A stretch of DNA of 39,233 nt from Nemertoderma westbladi (taxonomy: Eukaryota; Animalia; Xenacoelomorpha). The stretch covers positions 1 to 39,233 of the forward strand of contig JAUCBJ010002498.1 in the NCBI GenBank assembly GCA_032718475.1, written 5' to 3'. A program made the position numbers and the translations under genes. Within the stretch, counting starts at the first letter, position 1, and every line of letters begins with the position of its first letter. Shown piece after piece: positions 36,323-39,233 of the stretch. Below the pieces are notes generated by a model. That model made no database searches. It was given only the letters and a program-made list of their open reading frames with translations, and was not told the DNA's origin.

Positions 36323-39096
36323 GTCCATCAGCGATTCCAGCACAAACAACTACTATTCATCCATATCAATACATAACGCCATCGCTAACGCAAGGAACAT
36401 TTGCCGCCGTCCAGTACGCCAACAACATCGGGCGAGAAGCGATCGAATGCGGAGGCGGCGGCGACTGTTTGTACCTTACAATCCGTCACGCACTCCTCAT
36501 GGAATCCGGACAAAATTATTCTGTTCCTGAGTTAAGAGGTTTGGTGGCCGATGAACTGTGGGCGAGGGAAGAAATATACAGGGACTTTTTACTACCAATC
36601 CTACCTGTGGGTTCCAATTATCAAACTTATGTAGATCGTGTACGTACTGGGCTGGAGTGGGGGGATCAATTTTCTCTTTCAATTCTATCAAAAATTCTAC
36701 ATTTACATATACGTATATTCAATTCGGGTAGTGGTATAATTCATAGGGAGGGCAGATATACTGGGCGGGATATTTTCCTAGGTTACATCCACGACTTAGG
36801 GCCGCACTATGTATCCCTTATACGTCGTACACAAATGAATCAGTTGTCTAGGCAGTACACAGAGTTGCCGTTACCATCACGCCCAGCAGTAATTGTGTTA
36901 CAAAATGAAAGTAATACCGTTCCCCCAAGTAATACTAATCCAACAAATAATCCCAATATAAATACGGAGCATGGTAGGGTATTACATCCCAATTTAGGGG
37001 AGGGGGTGGAAGACCCAGTGAATGTTGGAGTTCATGCCGGAGTTGGTAATGTTCATAGTGGAGTCAACCACAGGGTGTTGGAGGAGGAAGCTGGTGAGGA
37101 GCTGGCTTCAAGTGAGGAGGATTCGGATTCGGAATCCGACGATGGTATTGTAGGAGGAGATTTCCTCGAAATTGTACCGGATGGAAGGTGCGAGAACTGC
37201 CTTCGAAAAACTGTGGAGGGAATGGAGGTGCCGCTCCTACAGTTTGTGGGAGGAATAATCCGACGGCAGTTTGGTGAACTTAAACGGAGTGGTCGAGGGG
37301 AGTTCATGCTATGTCAGCCCTGTAAGTTGTACCTGACAACAAATGCAATACATCCGAAGTGGAGTGATGGTTGGCCAGCATACTTATGGTCGTTAGTGAC
37401 CACTACCACGGATAGGTCGGTGTGGAAGATTGTTCCACAAACGTTGAGGAATGCGTGGGCGGGTCTCAACATGAGATATTCGCCATCAATCCGCGCAAAT
37501 CTTAACATTCCACCCTCCTTTGATGATATTACTGCAAAGAGGGCGTGGTTTAAAGCCGAGGTGGATAGTTTATTCGATGGAAGGATAATAAACGCCCTCA
37601 ATAAAAACCCATGTTACGCCATCCGGTGCCCATTAGGTTGTGGGGAGTTTATTGACCAGGGAAACCTCCTACAGCTACACCACTTCCTCCAATTCTGGGT
37701 CCCCAGCTTCTCCTCCTTCAGACCGAAACCCCAACTCGTCCAAGGAACCAGAGAGGACTGGCTGATTCGTTCTACAATACTCTCATGGGAAGTGGCTCCG
37801 AGTCTCGTCTTGGACCCCAAGCTGGGAATCTGTGTTGTTCTGTGTGACGAACATAAGAACGCACAGAAACTCTACATACACGTTCCTCGCCATCCTCGAC
37901 CTGATCCCCTCCAATATCCAGACAGACTGGCGCCAGCTACCGTTGTACCTATTATGGTGAGAGACGGGAAGGTTGGTAAGTACACCAGCAGCTTTTCCGT
38001 GCTCAAGAACATGGGTGGCTACCATGGGTTGTCTGTGGCTTCATTGTCGGCAGACTTTGATTTTCACGTCACAGACAATAGACTGGCGTCGTGTGAACGT
38101 CTTACATTGGAGAGGAGACCTGATATATTGCAGTGCACACTCAATAGACGAAACCTTGGTGAGGAATTTGTGTTTGGAACGTTTGGGACTTGCTCCATCG
38201 CCCCAGCCTTCCCGGAGGAACTCGTTGAAGAATGTTTATCTGGGGGAACATATATGGACAATGAGGATGCAGTTATTCAGTGGGAAGAATATACGTCCAA
38301 AGATGCTGGAGATCAGTTCTCCCAAACCAACAATTACCACCTCCCACTCATCCATCCATATAGTAGGAGCAGTGGAAGTCGACCCCTACTTCCCACTGTG
38401 AACTCTGCTAAATTCCCCCTCCAAAGTCATTTAGTTTCTATCCTGTCATCTTCACCTCCACTCCATAAGCATCTTCTGTCAGTAGAAAACCCTGCCGACT
38501 TTGTTAAAGACGTAGTAAAAGTTGTATATTCAACGTTAAATAAAGCTAGGTATTCATTCCAAACCCAAACCGAGGAGACATTACATAATGTTGTTTTAAA
38601 TACTTACCCAAATGGGCACCAACAACTCTCCCTTGTAACAAAAAGTGCTACAGTTCTAGCCACTGTCCCTGGGATCTCCATTCGGCATGAGGTAAACCGC
38701 TCCAATGGGGATGCTATTGAGTTATATATCCGAGATGGCACTCGCCGTTTTCTGGGGGGTGTTCTAGAATGCCCCTCTTTACCTCCAAGTATTAGTAGCC
38801 CCGGTTGTGTAATTCTTAGTAATGGACTCTACTACCTCCAATTTATAGGAACAGAATGTAATACAATTTTCAGGTGGAATGATAATTATTCCTTCCAGGA
38901 CACGAAAGCTAATGAAATTTGTTCCAATACATTATCCAGCTTTTCCATATTCAAAACACTTCGAAGTTCTAATATTTGTAAAGAAAATGGACCATCATCT
39001 GTCCAAGTCTTTACTCTCACATTTTGCCGGCCAATCCAACATGAGATGCTCCATTCACCAGGACTGTCTGCTGGTGCACCAACATCTGAACAATGA
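36323..39096 (+). CDS. Giant exon of gene B: OTU-family cysteine protease domain, Asn/Pro linker, acidic tract and Cys/His-rich regions; probably the N-terminal part of a large transposon (Helitron/Helentron-like) protein
   Basis: The frame is open upstream of the called TTG start, back to the acceptor TTGTTTTAG|GT (36322/36323, phase 1). This adds ...EAIECGGGGDC-LY (OTU catalytic Cys at 36466-36468). Downstream are ELR..VA, Y...V....EWG and HYVSL (His at 36805-36807), then CENC..CQPC, WPAYLW, CPLGCGEF and CVVLCDEH. Confidence 0.8.
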
Positions 39097-39233
39097 TTCT
39101 CTCTGTTCCATCCCCAGGTGCAACAAACGAGCCAGATGGCGCTGTCCATGGGGACTTCCCTAAGTCCATTGCCGTACTGGTTTATGTTTCAAACACGAGA
39201 AGGAACAACTAAAGAAGGACCGGAATCACTTTG
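38879..39233 (+). pseudogene. Frameshifted (+1) continuation of gene B with a zinc-finger-like motif and an in-frame stop; runs off the window
   Basis: ...LMKFVPIHYPAFPYSKHFEVLIFVKK...RCSIH...CSIPRCNKRARWRCPWGLP*VHCRTGLCFKHEKEQLKKDRNHF. The Cys/His pattern continues across the TAA at 39161-39163. Confidence 0.65.

Noticed and set aside
36497-39149. Short minus-strand ORFs and the 37973-38401 plus-strand ORF
   Set aside because: Alternative-frame shadows of the long gene B exon, with no motifs.

Overview
AT-rich eukaryotic DNA, probably from an animal: it has GT-AG introns, tRNA-derived SINEs and hAT MITEs, and the abundant TAGGCCTA/TACAGTA/TACCGGTA motifs are reminiscent of echinoderms (inference only). 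It is not prokaryotic. About 21 kb of the 39 kb is tandem repeat: a 43-bp array (8.6-11.9 kb), three blocks of a 68-bp repeat and a 14.5-kb 112-bp array. Two divergently oriented spliced genes are hidden around and between these arrays, and the ORF track shows them only as fragments. (A) A minus-strand two-exon gene of unknown function, 392 aa when reconstructed (7241->3608); its first coding exon is split by a 1.78-kb hAT element with a perfect 8-bp TSD. (B) A plus-strand gene (14698->beyond the window end): a zinc-knuckle exon, two duplicated 99-bp exons and a giant exon encoding an OTU cysteine protease, an acidic tract and several Cys/His clusters. It has a frameshift and an in-frame stop near the right edge. 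Best working hypothesis: both genes and the satellites are the left part of one very large, decaying rolling-circle (Helitron/Helentron-like) element. The diagnostic Rep/helicase is not in this window, so this remains unproven.
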